The notes below the pieces were generated by a model. The model did not search any database. It worked only from the letters and a program-made list of their open reading frames with translations, and was not told where the DNA came from. DNA of 64,000 nucleotides from Chitinophaga pinensis (GTDB lineage Bacteria; Bacteroidota; Bacteroidia; UKL13-3). The DNA lies in assembly GCA_945873755.1 (NCBI GenBank), contig CAMCEM010000003.1:1085-65084 (forward strand), written 5' to 3'. The position numbers and the translations under genes were made by a program. Below, piece after piece: positions 40,584 through 49,700 of this stretch; the first letter of the stretch is position 1, and each line of letters starts with the position of its first letter.

Positions 40584-41237
40584 ATGGCAGAAATAGAAGG
40601 TGGAGGAGGCGGTAATAAAAAAGGTGGGAAACCACATGGTAAAAAACTTTCAACTAGAGTAGATTTTACTCCAATGGTTGATTTAGGTTTTTTACTCATT
40701 ACCTTTTTTATGTTAACAACCTCCCTTAACAAGCCCAAAACAATGGAGTTGAACATGCCTGTAAAAGGGGATGAAATAGATAAAACTGCTGTTAAAGTAT
40801 CGCAAACTGTTACGGTACTTTTAACAGGTAACAATCAAATACTGTATTATTTTAGTGATCCTGTAACGCTAGATCCTATGACACCACAAATTACTGATTA
40901 CAGTGCTGGAGGAATTAGACCAATGCTATTGCGCGAAAACAGAAAACGTGTACCTAAGATAGATTCTATTCAGGTTTATAAAGATTTGTTTAGAATAAGC
41001 AAAATCAGTGAATCTGATATGAAAGCCAATATATCTCGTTTAAAAGCTGATCCAGAAGGTTTAATTGTAATTATTAAAGCCGATGATAATGCAAAGTTCA
41101 ACAATGTAGTAGACATACTAGATGAAATGTTAATTTGTAATATTGGTCGTTATGCTATAGTAGATATTTCGGAACCTGAAAAGGAATTAATAAAAAATTC
41201 TGCAACGCTTTTAGAAGCAGCAACAAAAAATAAATAA
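40584..41237 (+). CDS. exbD: ExbD/TolR biopolymer transport protein (second paralogue)
   Basis: 'DFTPMVDLGFLLITFFMLTT' TM signature. Operon context. Confidence 0.85.
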   Translation: MAEIEGGGGGNKKGGKPHGKKLSTRVDFTPMVDLGFLLITFFMLTTSLNKPKTMELNMPVKGDEIDKTAVKVSQTVTVLLTGNNQILYYFSDPVTLDPMTPQITDYSAGGIRPMLLRENRKRVPKIDSIQVYKDLFRISKISESDMKANISRLKADPEGLIVIIKADDNAKFNNVVDILDEMLICNIGRYAIVDISEPEKELIKNSATLLEAATKNK

Positions 41238-41245
41238 TTTTAATT

Positions 41246-42040
41246 ATGGCAGAAACAAGTATTTTTGATAACAGTTGGGTAGATATGGTTTTTGAAGGCC
41301 GTAACCAACAATATGGCGCTTTTGTTCTACGTAAAAAAAGTAGCAACTATACCTTAAAAGGAATAATTTTTTCAATTATTGGTTTTTCTTTAGCCATTGC
41401 AGCTCCTGTAATAGTAAATTATTTAAAATCGCAAATACCTAAAGAAAACATTATAGTAGAAGCTGAAGTAACTAAGCTAGATGCACCTCCACCAATCGAT
41501 GAAAGTGCACCACCACCACCACCTCCACCACCACCACCACCGGTAAAGAGTACTATTAAATTTACTCCACCCGAAATTAAAAAGGATGAAGATGTAGCTG
41601 AACCACCTCCAACGCAAGACGAAGCAGCAAAAGTGGATGTAGGAGCTCAAACAGTTATTGGAGATCCGGATGCTAAAGAAGTATTAGTGGAAGAAACTGG
41701 AAACGGAAATGATGGTGAAATATTAATTGAAGCCGAAATTAATCCTGAATATCCAGGAGGAGAAGAAAAAATGCAAGAATATTTATCTTCAGCAGTGGAG
41801 TATCCACCAATGGCGAAGGAAAATAATATAGAAGGTAGAGTTGTACTTCGTTTTGCTGTTATGGCTGATGGGAAAATTGATAATATTCAAATTTTAAATA
41901 AACCTGCTTTAGGATGGGGTTGCGAAGCTGCAGTAGAAAAAGCTGTTAAAAGTATGCCAAGATGGAGTCCTGGAAAACAACAAGGACGACCAGTTGCGGT
42001 TTATTTTACATTACCTTTTCAATTTAAGTTAGACCAATAA
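41246..42040 (+). CDS. tonB: TonB-family energy transducer
   Basis: N-terminal TM anchor, poly-Pro spacer ('APPPPPPPPPPPPV'), and C-terminal TonB domain 'PEYPGGEEKMQEYL...YPPMAKENNIEGRVVLRFAV'. Confidence 0.9.
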   Translation: MAETSIFDNSWVDMVFEGRNQQYGAFVLRKKSSNYTLKGIIFSIIGFSLAIAAPVIVNYLKSQIPKENIIVEAEVTKLDAPPPIDESAPPPPPPPPPPPVKSTIKFTPPEIKKDEDVAEPPPTQDEAAKVDVGAQTVIGDPDAKEVLVEETGNGNDGEILIEAEINPEYPGGEEKMQEYLSSAVEYPPMAKENNIEGRVVLRFAVMADGKIDNIQILNKPALGWGCEAAVEKAVKSMPRWSPGKQQGRPVAVYFTLPFQFKLDQ

Positions 42041-42064
42041 TTTACAATTTATTAATTATAAATG

Positions 42065-42103
42065 AGCTTGTTAAACTATTAGTTTAGCGAGCTTATTTTT
42101 TTT
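42065..42103 (+). terminator. Probable rho-independent terminator of the exbBD-tonB operon
   Basis: 'agcttgttaaact-att-agtttagcgagct' (13-bp stem, 2 mismatches) followed by 'tatttttttt'. Confidence 0.55.
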
Positions 42104-42118
42104 ATAAATATTTATATA

Positions 42119-42346
42119 ATGAGTTTAGAAGAAATTAGGAATAAAAGAGAAAATAAAGTAGGAAACATAGTTAGTTATTTTGGGGCCATTATGGGTTTAT
42201 TTTACCTGGTTTTGGGTATCTCTATTTTGTTAAATAAAATTCCATTATTTGTAAATGAAATAGTAAAAATAACTTTAGGCATTGCAATGGTTTTATATGG
42301 TATTTTTAGGCTTTATAGAATTATAAAAAAAAGAAACCAAGAATAA
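42119..42346 (+). CDS. Small membrane protein (2 TM)
   Basis: Two hydrophobic helices and a basic C-terminus. Immediately upstream of the histidine kinase. Confidence 0.5.
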   Translation: MSLEEIRNKRENKVGNIVSYFGAIMGLFYLVLGISILLNKIPLFVNEIVKITLGIAMVLYGIFRLYRIIKKRNQE

Positions 42347-42362
42347 AATTAATATTTAATTT

Positions 42363-43412
42363 ATGATAAGAAATCCAAAACCTATTCATATAGCATTAAT
42401 GGTTTCAAGTATACTTGCAATTGTTGTTTCTTTGGTAATGTATTTAATTTTAGATTCAAACTTAATTAAAGTAATAGTTATTTTTACTTTAACTTCTGGC
42501 TTGTCTTTTTTTCTGTTTTTTTATACCATTGAGTTTTTTATTTATAGAAAAATAAAGCTTATTTATAAAACAATTCATAGTTTAAAAACCCAAAAATACG
42601 ATGCTGTTTTAGAAAATTTTGCTTGGGATAAAGATCCAATTTTTGAAATGAGTAAGGAAGTAATTAATTGGGCACGTGATAAAAAAATAGAAATTGAACA
42701 ATTAAAAAAAGTAGCTGATTTTAGAAAAGAATTTTTAGGAAATGTAAGTCACGAATTAAAAACACCTATTTTTAGTATTCAAGGTTATTTACATACATTG
42801 TTAGATGGGGCAATGGATGACATAGAAGTAAATAAAAAATTTTTAATTAAAGCGGCAAAAAGTACTGATAGATTAAGCGATTTAGTAGCCGATTTACTAG
42901 AAATTTCGAATTTAGAAAGCGGAGAGTTGCGAATGAATATTGATAAATTTGATATTACTTCATTAACCAAAGATGTGTATGAACAATTTGAAGTAAAAGC
43001 AAAACAAAAAGGAATTGATTTATTAATAAAAGAAGGTTGCAATAAACCATTTTTTGTATTGGCCGACAAATATAGAATTAGAACTGTTTTAGTAAATTTA
43101 ATTGGTAATTCGTTGAAGTATGGGAAATTAAATGGCATAACTTCTGCTGCCTATTACATTATGGGCGATAATATTTTAATTGAAATAGCCGATACCGGTG
43201 AAGGAATTAGTCAAGAATTTTTACCACGAATTTTTGAAAGATTTTATAGGGTTGATAAAAGTAGAACAAGAAACGATGATACTGGTGGAACTGGACTTGG
43301 TTTAGCCATTGTAAAACATATTATAGAAGCGCACCACCAAACTATTAATGTACGCAGTACTTTACAGCAAGGAACAACCTTTAGTTTTACTTTAAAAGCA
43401 TCTGCTGTGTAA
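42363..43412 (+). CDS. Sensor histidine kinase (HisKA + HATPase_c), no cognate regulator in the window
   Basis: Two N-terminal TM helices. H-box 'FLGNVSHELKTPI', N-box 'LVNLIGNSLKY', G-boxes 'DTGEGI' and 'GGTGLGLAIVKHI'. Confidence 0.9.
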   Translation: MIRNPKPIHIALMVSSILAIVVSLVMYLILDSNLIKVIVIFTLTSGLSFFLFFYTIEFFIYRKIKLIYKTIHSLKTQKYDAVLENFAWDKDPIFEMSKEVINWARDKKIEIEQLKKVADFRKEFLGNVSHELKTPIFSIQGYLHTLLDGAMDDIEVNKKFLIKAAKSTDRLSDLVADLLEISNLESGELRMNIDKFDITSLTKDVYEQFEVKAKQKGIDLLIKEGCNKPFFVLADKYRIRTVLVNLIGNSLKYGKLNGITSAAYYIMGDNILIEIADTGEGISQEFLPRIFERFYRVDKSRTRNDDTGGTGLGLAIVKHIIEAHHQTINVRSTLQQGTTFSFTLKASAV

Positions 43413-43474
43413 CTAACACTTCATTTATTCATGTTTTTTTATTTATTAAATTTAAAATAATTATAATTGCAAAT

Positions 43475-43795
43475 ATGAGTAACGAAATACCAAACGATCC
43501 AAACCAAATAAATATTGAATTAAGTGAAGAAATGGCTGAAGGCATTTATGCTAATTTAGCAATAATTACTCACAGCAATAGTGAATTTGTTTTAGACTTT
43601 ATTAGAATTATGCCAGGAGTTCCAAAGGCAAAAGTAAAATCGCGCATTGTTTTAACACCTGAACATGCCAAAAGATTATTGTTAGCTTTAAACGACAATA
43701 TAAGCAAATATGAAGAACAAGTTGGAGCCATTAATTTACCCGATGCAATGCCACCTTTTCCAATGAATTTTGGCGGACCTACAGGTCAAGCATAA
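43475..43795 (+). CDS. DUF3467 domain protein
   Basis: 'EGIYANLAIITHSNSEFVLDFIRIMPGVPKAKVKSRIVLTPEHAKRLL' matches my recollection of the DUF3467 family core. Confidence 0.7.
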   Translation: MSNEIPNDPNQINIELSEEMAEGIYANLAIITHSNSEFVLDFIRIMPGVPKAKVKSRIVLTPEHAKRLLLALNDNISKYEEQVGAINLPDAMPPFPMNFGGPTGQA

Positions 43796-43970
43796 CAAGA
43801 TTTTTGAATTTGAGTTATGAATTATTTTTTTTATAATAGGTTGGTTTAACTATCTATTGAATGGAAATAATTGAAGAGTAAAATACCGCGAAATTAAAAT
43901 ATCAGACATTAGTTACTAGACTCCAAGAGTAAAAAGCTAAATTCATTTTTATGAAAGAATAGTTTTAACA

Positions 43971-45119
43971 ATGAGAAAAATAATATTTACAATAATTCTC
44001 CTTTTTGTAATTCAAAAATTGACTTTTGGACAGCAGGAAGTAAAAACAAATGATGGAAAAACTGTTTTATTGTTTGAAGACGGCACTTGGTTATATGCTG
44101 ATAGCATTCCCTTGTATAGCATTAAGTCAATAAATATAACAAATTTAGAACTCCCCAAAACTAAATCCAAAGATAAAATCATTACACATACAGGATATTC
44201 GCTTTTATACAACGAAACACACGAACAAGCAAATTGGGTGGCCTACGAACTTACTAAAGAAGAAACAAATAAACTTTTTGAACGAACTGATAAATTCATA
44301 TCAGACCCAAAAGTGAAAACAGAAACTGCCACCGACAAAGATTATCAAGGCTCAGGTTACGACAGAGGACACTTGGCACCTGCCTCTGATATGGGTTGGT
44401 CATCTACCACAATGGCTGAATCTTTTTATTATAGTAATATGAGTCCGCAGACACCAAGTTTTAACAGAGGTGTTTGGAAAAAATTAGAGGAGTTAGTTCG
44501 TACTTGGGCAATAGAAAACAATGCTGTTTACGTTGTTACTGGACCGGTATTAATAAATGGTCTTCAAACAATTGGACCAAATAAAGTTTCAGTTCCAAAT
44601 TACTATTACAAGGTAGTTTTAGATTACAGCGAACCAAACATAAAAGGCATTGGCTTTATTCTTCCAAATATTGGGTCTAAGGAACAACTTCAATATTATG
44701 CTGTAACAATTGACAGTGTTGAAAAAATAACAGGAATTGACTTCTTCCCATTACTTCAAGATGAACAAGAGGAATTAATTGAAAAAAACCTGTGTATTAA
44801 ATGTTGGTCTTGGAAGAATACCAAAACAATGGGTGAAAAGAATGAAAACAAAGCAACGGAATCCGTTCAATGTAATGGAATAACAAAAGCTGGAGAGAGA
44901 TGTAAAAACAAAACATTAAATATGAGTGGATATTGTTATCATCACGAAGGGCAAATTAAAAGTAACAATTCGAATAGCAACACCGAAGAAATTAAAGTAT
45001 ATTCAAATGAACCTACAAAAACTAGTTCAACATCAGTTCAATGCTCTGGAACTACTAAATCTGGCAACCGATGCAAAAGAATGACTACTAGCTCAAGTGG
45101 AAGGTGTTACCAACATTAG
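43971..45119 (+). CDS. Secreted DNA/RNA non-specific endonuclease (NUC/EndoG-like beta-beta-alpha-Me) with duplicated C-terminal Cys3-His motif
   Basis: Signal peptide. Catalytic 'YDRGHLAPASD' and 'SNMSPQTPSFNRGVWKKLE'. C-terminal 'CNGITKAGERCKNKTLNMSGYCYHH' and 'CSGTTKSGNRCKRMTTSSSGRCYQH'. Confidence 0.85.
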   Translation: MRKIIFTIILLFVIQKLTFGQQEVKTNDGKTVLLFEDGTWLYADSIPLYSIKSINITNLELPKTKSKDKIITHTGYSLLYNETHEQANWVAYELTKEETNKLFERTDKFISDPKVKTETATDKDYQGSGYDRGHLAPASDMGWSSTTMAESFYYSNMSPQTPSFNRGVWKKLEELVRTWAIENNAVYVVTGPVLINGLQTIGPNKVSVPNYYYKVVLDYSEPNIKGIGFILPNIGSKEQLQYYAVTIDSVEKITGIDFFPLLQDEQEELIEKNLCIKCWSWKNTKTMGEKNENKATESVQCNGITKAGERCKNKTLNMSGYCYHHEGQIKSNNSNSNTEEIKVYSNEPTKTSSTSVQCSGTTKSGNRCKRMTTSSSGRCYQH

Positions 45120-45487
45120 ACAAAAATATGATTGAATTAAATAATACTGAAAACAGGTTTAGAGTTTTAAATATAATCGTTATCATACTTTCAATATATG
45201 TTTTAAAAGCATTAATTGCCGGCTCTGTGAAAGAAAATTCTATTCCATTAAATTATATTGAAAATACAATTTTTGCATTTTTCTTTTTTGCATTTTCCAT
45301 TCGATTCTTCAAAGCAAAAAACAAATTGAAATTTATAAGTTGGAGTTGGATTGACCTGCTTTCAAGTATTGCAATGATTGGTTTTCAGCTTGCAGACAGG
45401 CTTTTAAAACTTATAACACTACTTAGGTTTATTAGCGCATTTCGTTCAACAAAACACTTTGTAAATCAAATTTTTAATAATGATTAA
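45104..45487 (+). CDS. Small four-helix membrane protein resembling an isolated voltage-sensor (S1-S4) domain of ion_trans channels
   Basis: Four hydrophobic helices. The S3-like 'WSWIDLLSSIAMIGF' is followed by the S4-like 'RLLKLITLLRFISAFRSTKHF', with R/K spaced at multiples of three. No pore (S5-P-S6) follows. Alternative start at 45128. Confidence 0.4.
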   Translation: MLPTLDKNMIELNNTENRFRVLNIIVIILSIYVLKALIAGSVKENSIPLNYIENTIFAFFFFAFSIRFFKAKNKLKFISWSWIDLLSSIAMIGFQLADRLLKLITLLRFISAFRSTKHFVNQIFNND

Positions 45488-45495
45488 TTTAAAAT

Positions 45496-46038
45496 ATGAA
45501 AGTTAAAACTACTCCAATAGAAGGACTTTTAGTTATAGAACCTCAAGTATTTAATGACGCTAGAGGTTATTTTTACGAGAGTTACAACAAACAAAAATTT
45601 GCTGAAGCAGGAATTGATTATGAATTTATTCAAGACAATCAAAGCCTTTCGCAAAAAGGAATTATTCGAGGATTGCATTTTCAAGCACCACCATATGAGC
45701 AAGGTAAATTGGTGAGAGTTATACAAGGTGCTGTAAAAGATGTAGTGGTTGATATTAGAAAAAATTCGCCCACCTTTGGACAACATTTTTCTATAGTATT
45801 AACTGCACAAAATAAAACCATGTTTTTTATTCCTCCCGGTTTTGCCCATGGTTTTGAAACATTAGAAGAGAATACTATTTTTTTATATAAATGTACCAAT
45901 GTTTATAACAAAGAAAGCGAAGGAGGATTGCTTTGGAACGATCCATTTTTAAATATAAATTGGCAAAACAATGATCCTTTAATAAGCGATAAAGATAAAA
46001 TATTACCCACTTTCGAAAATTTAATAAGCCCTTTTTAA
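45496..46038 (+). CDS. rfbC: dTDP-4-dehydrorhamnose 3,5-epimerase
   Basis: 'TPIEGLLVIEPQVFNDARGYFYESY', 'RGLHFQ' and 'GFAHGF' cupin signatures. Typical 180-aa length. Confidence 0.92.
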   Translation: MKVKTTPIEGLLVIEPQVFNDARGYFYESYNKQKFAEAGIDYEFIQDNQSLSQKGIIRGLHFQAPPYEQGKLVRVIQGAVKDVVVDIRKNSPTFGQHFSIVLTAQNKTMFFIPPGFAHGFETLEENTIFLYKCTNVYNKESEGGLLWNDPFLNINWQNNDPLISDKDKILPTFENLISPF

Positions 46039-46971
46039 ATGGAAAATATAGATGAAGAAGTTATTGATTTAATTGGAAAAATTAAAGAAAAATATAACAC
46101 ACAAGGTCAAAATTTTAAAAGTTATTTAGAAGGATTATTGTACCAAGATTATACCAACTACTGGGATTACATTGCGGTTGATAGTCTTTTAACGCTTCAA
46201 AAACCTAAAACTTTAATTCCTGATGAAGTAATTTTTATAATTTACCATCAAATTACAGAATTGTATTTTAAATTGGCATTGCACGAATTTGAACAAATAA
46301 GCGCAAAAGCTAAAAATATGGATGTGAAATTTTTTACCGATAGAGTTAAAAGAATAAATGCCTATTTTAATAACCTAACACATAGTTTTGATATTATGGT
46401 AGATGGCATGGAGCCTGAACAATTTTTAAAGTTTAGAATGAGTTTGCTTCCTGCCAGTGGTTTTCAAAGTGCACAGTATAGAAAAATAGAAATGTTTGCC
46501 ACCAGTTTTGACAGATTGGTTGATAAAAACAAACGAGAGGAGCTTAAAGATAAATCAATTGAAGAACAATTTAAGTTTATATATTGGCAAGCTGGAGCAA
46601 CCGAAGCTGAAACTGGAAAGAAAACACTTACGCTTACCAAATTTGAACAAAAATATGGAGATGAGTTTTTAAGAATTGCTAATCAAAACGTTGATTTAAA
46701 TTTATGGGCTATTTACAGTTCTTTGAGCGAGGTAGATAAACAAAACCAAAATTTAATTGACGAACTTAAAAAACTTGATTTAAATGTAAATGTAAATTGG
46801 CCTTTAATGCATTATAAGTCAGCGGTTAAATATTTACAAAAACCCAAAGAAGAGGTAGCTGCAACTGGTGGTACTAATTGGCAAAAATATTTACCTCCAC
46901 GTTTCCAATTACGAATTTTTTATCCAGATTTATTTACACAAGAAGAACTAGCAAATTGGGGTAAATTTTAA
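46039..46971 (+). CDS. kynA: Tryptophan 2,3-dioxygenase
   Basis: 'DYIAVDSLLTLQKP', 'IIYHQITELYFKL' and 'FRMSLLPASGFQSAQYR' are typical of the bacterial TDO family. Confidence 0.8.
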   Translation: MENIDEEVIDLIGKIKEKYNTQGQNFKSYLEGLLYQDYTNYWDYIAVDSLLTLQKPKTLIPDEVIFIIYHQITELYFKLALHEFEQISAKAKNMDVKFFTDRVKRINAYFNNLTHSFDIMVDGMEPEQFLKFRMSLLPASGFQSAQYRKIEMFATSFDRLVDKNKREELKDKSIEEQFKFIYWQAGATEAETGKKTLTLTKFEQKYGDEFLRIANQNVDLNLWAIYSSLSEVDKQNQNLIDELKKLDLNVNVNWPLMHYKSAVKYLQKPKEEVAATGGTNWQKYLPPRFQLRIFYPDLFTQEELANWGKF

Positions 46972-47043
46972 AGAAAATTAAATAGGTTTATTTTGTTTAA
47001 AACTCATTTTTACCTTTATTTGAGAAAAATATCAATAAAACAT

Positions 47044-47238
47044 ATGAAAAAAATACTTGCAATTTTATTAGTTTTTTCGTTATTAGTTGGTTGTACTAAT
47101 GATGTTCCTGCAAATAAACAAGAAGAAAAAACAATTGACAGTTTAGTTGATAATGAACAAGCTGCCAGCGACTCTATGATGAAAGCCATTCAGGCTGAAA
47201 TTGGTTCTGATACTTTGCCTGATGAAGGTGCTGAATAA
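47044..47238 (+). CDS. Small acidic lipoprotein
   Basis: The ATG at 47044 gives 'MKKILAILLVFSLLVGC' (lipobox). The ORF-track start at 46993 is rejected. Confidence 0.5.
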   Translation: MKKILAILLVFSLLVGCTNDVPANKQEEKTIDSLVDNEQAASDSMMKAIQAEIGSDTLPDEGAE

Positions 47239-47256
47239 AAATATTAATTTTTACAG

Positions 47257-48426
47257 TTGGTGTTAGAAAATAAAGATATAGAACTAAGTATTGTTATGCC
47301 TTGCTTAAACGAAGCTGAAACGTTAGCAATTTGTATTACCAAAGCCAATAACTGGCTTAAAAACAATAACGTAAGTGGCGAAGTTGTTATTGGCGATAAT
47401 GGAAGTACTGATGGCAGCCAAGAAATTGCAACTAATTTGGGTGCAAGGGTAATTAATATTCCCACCAAAGGATATGGCAGCGCATTAATGGGCGCTATAG
47501 AAGCCAGTTATGGCAAATATGTAATAATGGGCGACAGTGACGATAGTTACGATTTTGGAAACCTTACTTTGTTTGTAAATGAACTAAGAAATGGTTACGA
47601 TTTGGTAATGGGCAACAGGTTTAAAGGTGGAGTAGCAAAAGGTGCAATGCCTTTTTTACATAAATACCTTGGTAATCCAGTTTTATCATTCATTGGTAGG
47701 TTATTTTTTAATAGTAAAGCAGGCGATTTTCATTGTGGTTTAAGAGGATTTAGACAAGATATTGTTAGTGTATTAAACTTGCAAACTACAGGAATGGAAT
47801 TTGCTAGTGAAATGGTGGTAAAAGCTACTATTTTTAACTTAAAAATAACTGAAGTACCAACTACTCTTTCCCCTGATGGCCGTTCTCGTCCACCTCATTT
47901 AAGAACTTGGCACGATGGCTGGAGACACTTAAGATTTTTACTCATTTATTCACCTCGTTGGTTGTTTTTAATACCTGGAAGTTTTTTAATGCTGTTTGGT
48001 TTTATTTTAAGCTTTTTAATAATTCAAAAACCATTAAAAATTTTTGGCAATATTCAATTAGATACAAACACATTACTTTATGCCGGTGCTTCAATTATAG
48101 TTGGTTTTCAAGCTTTTATTTTTGGTGTTTTTACCAGGGCTTATGCAATACAAGCTGGGTTTTTACCCAAGAACGATAAGTTAATAAAATGGCTTGAAAT
48201 TATAAACTTAGAAAGAGGATTAATAGGCGGAATAATAATTTTTATTGCAGGTTTGGCTGGAACAATTTATTCGCTAACATTATGGACAGAAGTTCATTTT
48301 GGCCGACTAGATTACCCAAGCATTTTAAGAATTGTAATTCCTAGCGTGGTAGCAATTATACTGGGTTTATTAACCATACTTTCAAGCTTTTTCATTAGTG
48401 TATTAAACGTAAATAAAAAATCTTAA
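47257..48426 (+). CDS. GT2 polyprenyl-phosphate glycosyltransferase (DPM1/GtrB/ArnC-like) with C-terminal TM helices
   Basis: 'LSIVMPCLNEAETL', 'GDNGSTDGS' and 'GDSDDSY' (DxD), followed by 4 TM helices. TTG start. Confidence 0.85.
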   Translation: MVLENKDIELSIVMPCLNEAETLAICITKANNWLKNNNVSGEVVIGDNGSTDGSQEIATNLGARVINIPTKGYGSALMGAIEASYGKYVIMGDSDDSYDFGNLTLFVNELRNGYDLVMGNRFKGGVAKGAMPFLHKYLGNPVLSFIGRLFFNSKAGDFHCGLRGFRQDIVSVLNLQTTGMEFASEMVVKATIFNLKITEVPTTLSPDGRSRPPHLRTWHDGWRHLRFLLIYSPRWLFLIPGSFLMLFGFILSFLIIQKPLKIFGNIQLDTNTLLYAGASIIVGFQAFIFGVFTRAYAIQAGFLPKNDKLIKWLEIINLERGLIGGIIIFIAGLAGTIYSLTLWTEVHFGRLDYPSILRIVIPSVVAIILGLLTILSSFFISVLNVNKKS

Positions 48427-48626
48427 AATTTCCCTTTGTTTTTATTGGCTCTTGTTTAAAACACAACTATTCATAGTATTGTGTGTATTGAAATGGTGTT
48501 TCTTTACTATAACTAACGGACACTTTTTATATTTTAAACCTTCAAAGGATTGTGCTAACGCTAAGGTTAGTAGGGAAGTATATTCAAAAAATTCTTAAAT
48601 AAATACTTATTCTATTTTATTGGACT

Positions 48627-48666
48627 CCCCAGAAGTAGTGAATTTTAAAATTCACTACTTCTGGGG
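48627..48666. repeat. Perfect 40-bp palindrome (20 + 20, no spacer)
   Basis: 'ccccagaagtagtgaatttt|aaaattcactacttctgggg'. The right half is the exact reverse complement of the left. Lies 200 bp downstream of the GT2 gene, with no T-tail. Confidence 0.95.
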
Positions 48667-48703
48667 ATATTATCTTTGAATATTATAACCATTATTTGCA
48701 TAT

Positions 48704-49105
48704 AAAAATACTACATATGTATTATTGTTTTTGCTATAAATATTTTTAAAGTTTGCTATTGATATGAAAACCAAAAAATAAAATTAAGTTGAACAAAAAA
48801 TACCAATAATTTGGTATTGATTATTTGTAAAACTTTGACCAAGTTTGTTAAAATTTAAAAACCATATGGTTACTAATAACCACTTATATGGTACTAAATA
48901 ACCATACTTTAAAAATAAATATTATTTAATACAATTAGCCAATGGCAGTTAAATATAGGGTTTATAAATAAAAGAGTTAATTAAAAAAAATACTACATGT
49001 GTAGTATTGATATTGTGTTTTTTATACCACATGTTTGTTTAATAAAAAATACCAAGAACTAGGTATTGATTATATAAAAAACTTATTACATGTTTGTTAA
49101 ACTTT
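48704..49105 (+). repeat. Four copies of an operator-like module (AAAATACYA-Nx-TRGTATTGAT palindrome plus downstream GTTTGYT box) in a 700-bp non-coding region
   Basis: The palindromic sites are at 48704-48727, 48795-48824, 48985-49014 and 49045-49074. Each is followed 25-40 nt later by 'aagtttgctatt', 'aagtttgttaaaa', 'catgtttgtttaa' or 'catgtttgttaaac'. The 48795 and 49045 copies align over about 75 bp. Confidence 0.7.
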
Positions 49106-49124
49106 TAAACCAAACAATATAATT

Positions 49125-49685
49125 ATGAAAACAAAAACAATTACTTATTTATTACTCTTGGGTACTTTTTTTTATGCGTGTTCAAAATGTGAAGAAACGA
49201 CAGGATCTACAAGAAAAGTTAGTCCATTGGACATAACTTTATTATTCCCATATGACAATATTAAAACTGTTAAATTTTTGAAAAATAAATCAGATACTGT
49301 TATCTTTCATAATTCAGGTTTACAAACAACATATAATTACACAAGTACCCAGTCAGATTGTCCCGAAAAAATTCCTTTAGAAGAAAAGTATCTTCAATTC
49401 ATTGATAGTATAAATGGAAATGAGTTCTTATTAATGCTTTATATCAATAGTGCTTTCTATTCCAATTTTGCTATTTCCATAAATAATAAAATTTATGCAA
49501 ATGGGAATTCTTTGGGTTTCACCAAAACATCAAATCCTCCAATTTCGAGTATTATACTAGGTAAGCGGTATGATACTATTACTTCTGTAATTAATGTTTT
49601 CAATGACTCTCTTACATTTAAAAAGAAAAATTATGGTTTACTTAAATTTACAACTAATGGAAATACTTTCGAATTAATACCCTAA
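49125..49685 (+). CDS. Hypothetical lipoprotein
   Basis: Signal sequence plus 'FFYAC' lipobox. No domain recognised. Confidence 0.5.
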   Translation: MKTKTITYLLLLGTFFYACSKCEETTGSTRKVSPLDITLLFPYDNIKTVKFLKNKSDTVIFHNSGLQTTYNYTSTQSDCPEKIPLEEKYLQFIDSINGNEFLLMLYINSAFYSNFAISINNKIYANGNSLGFTKTSNPPISSIILGKRYDTITSVINVFNDSLTFKKKNYGLLKFTTNGNTFELIP

Positions 49686-49700
49686 AACAAAATAAAAATT

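Noticed and set aside
39038-40834. Minus-strand ORFs 39038-39244, 39554-39760 and 40577-40834
   Set aside because: They are antisense to the strongly supported exbB and exbD genes.
47907-48179. Plus-strand ORF 47907-48179 and minus-strand ORF 47244-47468
   Set aside because: They are alternative-frame or antisense ORFs fully inside or overlapping the well-supported GT2 gene.
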